A stretch of DNA of 64,000 nt from the human T2T-CHM13v2.0 reference genome, Homo sapiens: NCBI GenBank assembly GCA_009914755.4, contig CP068257.2, positions 40,192,001 through 40,256,000 on the forward strand. The letters run 5' to 3'. Positions 63,190 through 64,000 of the stretch are shown piece after piece. The notes under the pieces were generated by a model. The model saw nothing but the letters and a program-made list of their open reading frames with translations, made no database searches and was not told the DNA's origin. The position numbers and the translations under genes are program-made. The stretch's first letter is position 1, and every line of letters starts with the position of its first letter.

Positions 63190-63540
63190 CCCAAGGCTGG
63201 CCCTCTCCCCAGCCCTCTCTGCAATGCCCGCTCACTCCTCAGTCCCCACTCCCCACTCCCCTGCTCAGTCCTCACTCCCCAGCCCTCTCTGCAAGTTCCC
63301 ACTCCCCTGCTCACTCCTCACTCCCCAGCCCTCTCTGCCATGCCTGCTCACTCCTCAGTCCCCACTCCCCACTCCCCGGCTCACTCCTCACTCCCCTGCT
63401 CACTCCTCATTCCCCAGCCCTCTCTGCCATGCCTGCTCACTCCTCAGTCCCCACTCCCCACTCCCCGGCTCACTCCTCACTCCCCTGCTCACTCCTCATT
63501 CCCCAGCCCTCTCTGCCATGCCTGCTCACTCCTCAGTCTT
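63190..63540. repeat. Tandem repeat, ~100-bp unit x~3 (CCCTCTCTGCCATGCCTGCTCACTCCTCAGTCCCCACTCCCCACTCCCCGGCTCACTCCTCACTCCCCTGCTCACTCCTCAYTCCCCAG)
   Basis: Visual periodicity. Source of the Pro/Ser-rich artefact ORFs 63067..63576. Confidence 0.9.
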
Positions 63541-64000
63541 AGCTTAACGTCACTTCTTCAGGGAGGGTCTCCCTGATCCACCTGTCCACAGCGTGGCATG
63601 CTTTCTAAAAGCGCTCTGCGATTTCCTTCACAGCACCGTCACCCGTGTAGCCATGCCTGTGTGTGACTGATCTCATGTCTCTCCCACCACACTTCAACGG
63701 CCAAGAGGGCAAGGCTTGTGGCAGCCTTGCACAGTGGGATATACTTGGACCCTCCTCGGCACCAGCACACGGGACAGGTCAACGTCTGATAAGAGAATCA
63801 GCCACTTCCTGGTACACCCCCTAACACACCCCAGGCTGTGGACGCGAGGTCCACCCCAGGCACAGCCACTTCCCCTCAGTCCACCATGGGGGTTCCACCG
63901 TCTTTCAAGACAGAGCCCTAACCTCACCCTCCCTGACACCTTGCTCCCTTCAATTACTCTCACATCCTCTGTGATCCCCCCAAAAAGCTGACTCTTCCTA

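Overview
This window is primate (human-type) nuclear DNA, not a prokaryotic or mobile-element defence locus. It carries at least 19 Alu SINEs, a MaLR-type LTR, and many GC-rich minisatellites and microsatellites. The dominant feature is a multi-exon gene on the minus strand encoding a PR/SET domain followed by about 16 C2H2 zinc fingers. I identify it as PRDM15 (ZNF298; human 21q22.3, where the gene is also minus-strand). Two grounds support this: the translated exon chain is what I recall of the PRDM15 protein (e.g. [44 protein letters not shown]), from memory and not searched, and every exon junction I derived is a canonical GT-AG with consistent codon phase. 24 coding exons were mapped by hand. 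They run from an upstream alternative coding exon (59790-59978) and the ATG exon (58554-58599; ATG at 58588-58590) down to a partial C-terminal exon at 1-89. The gene continues beyond both ends of the window. Introns contain large tandem arrays: a 1.4 kb (CAC/CAT)n array, a 47-bp VNTR, CA-rich complex repeats and 41-bp and ~100-bp minisatellites. The long 'proteins' in the ORF track over these arrays are repeat artefacts. I find no evidence for a novel system. The structures most worth a second look are an exon-adjacent tandem triplication that copies a zinc-finger exon terminus plus splice donor, an inverted Alu pair flanking the first coding exons, and the alternative N-terminal coding exon.
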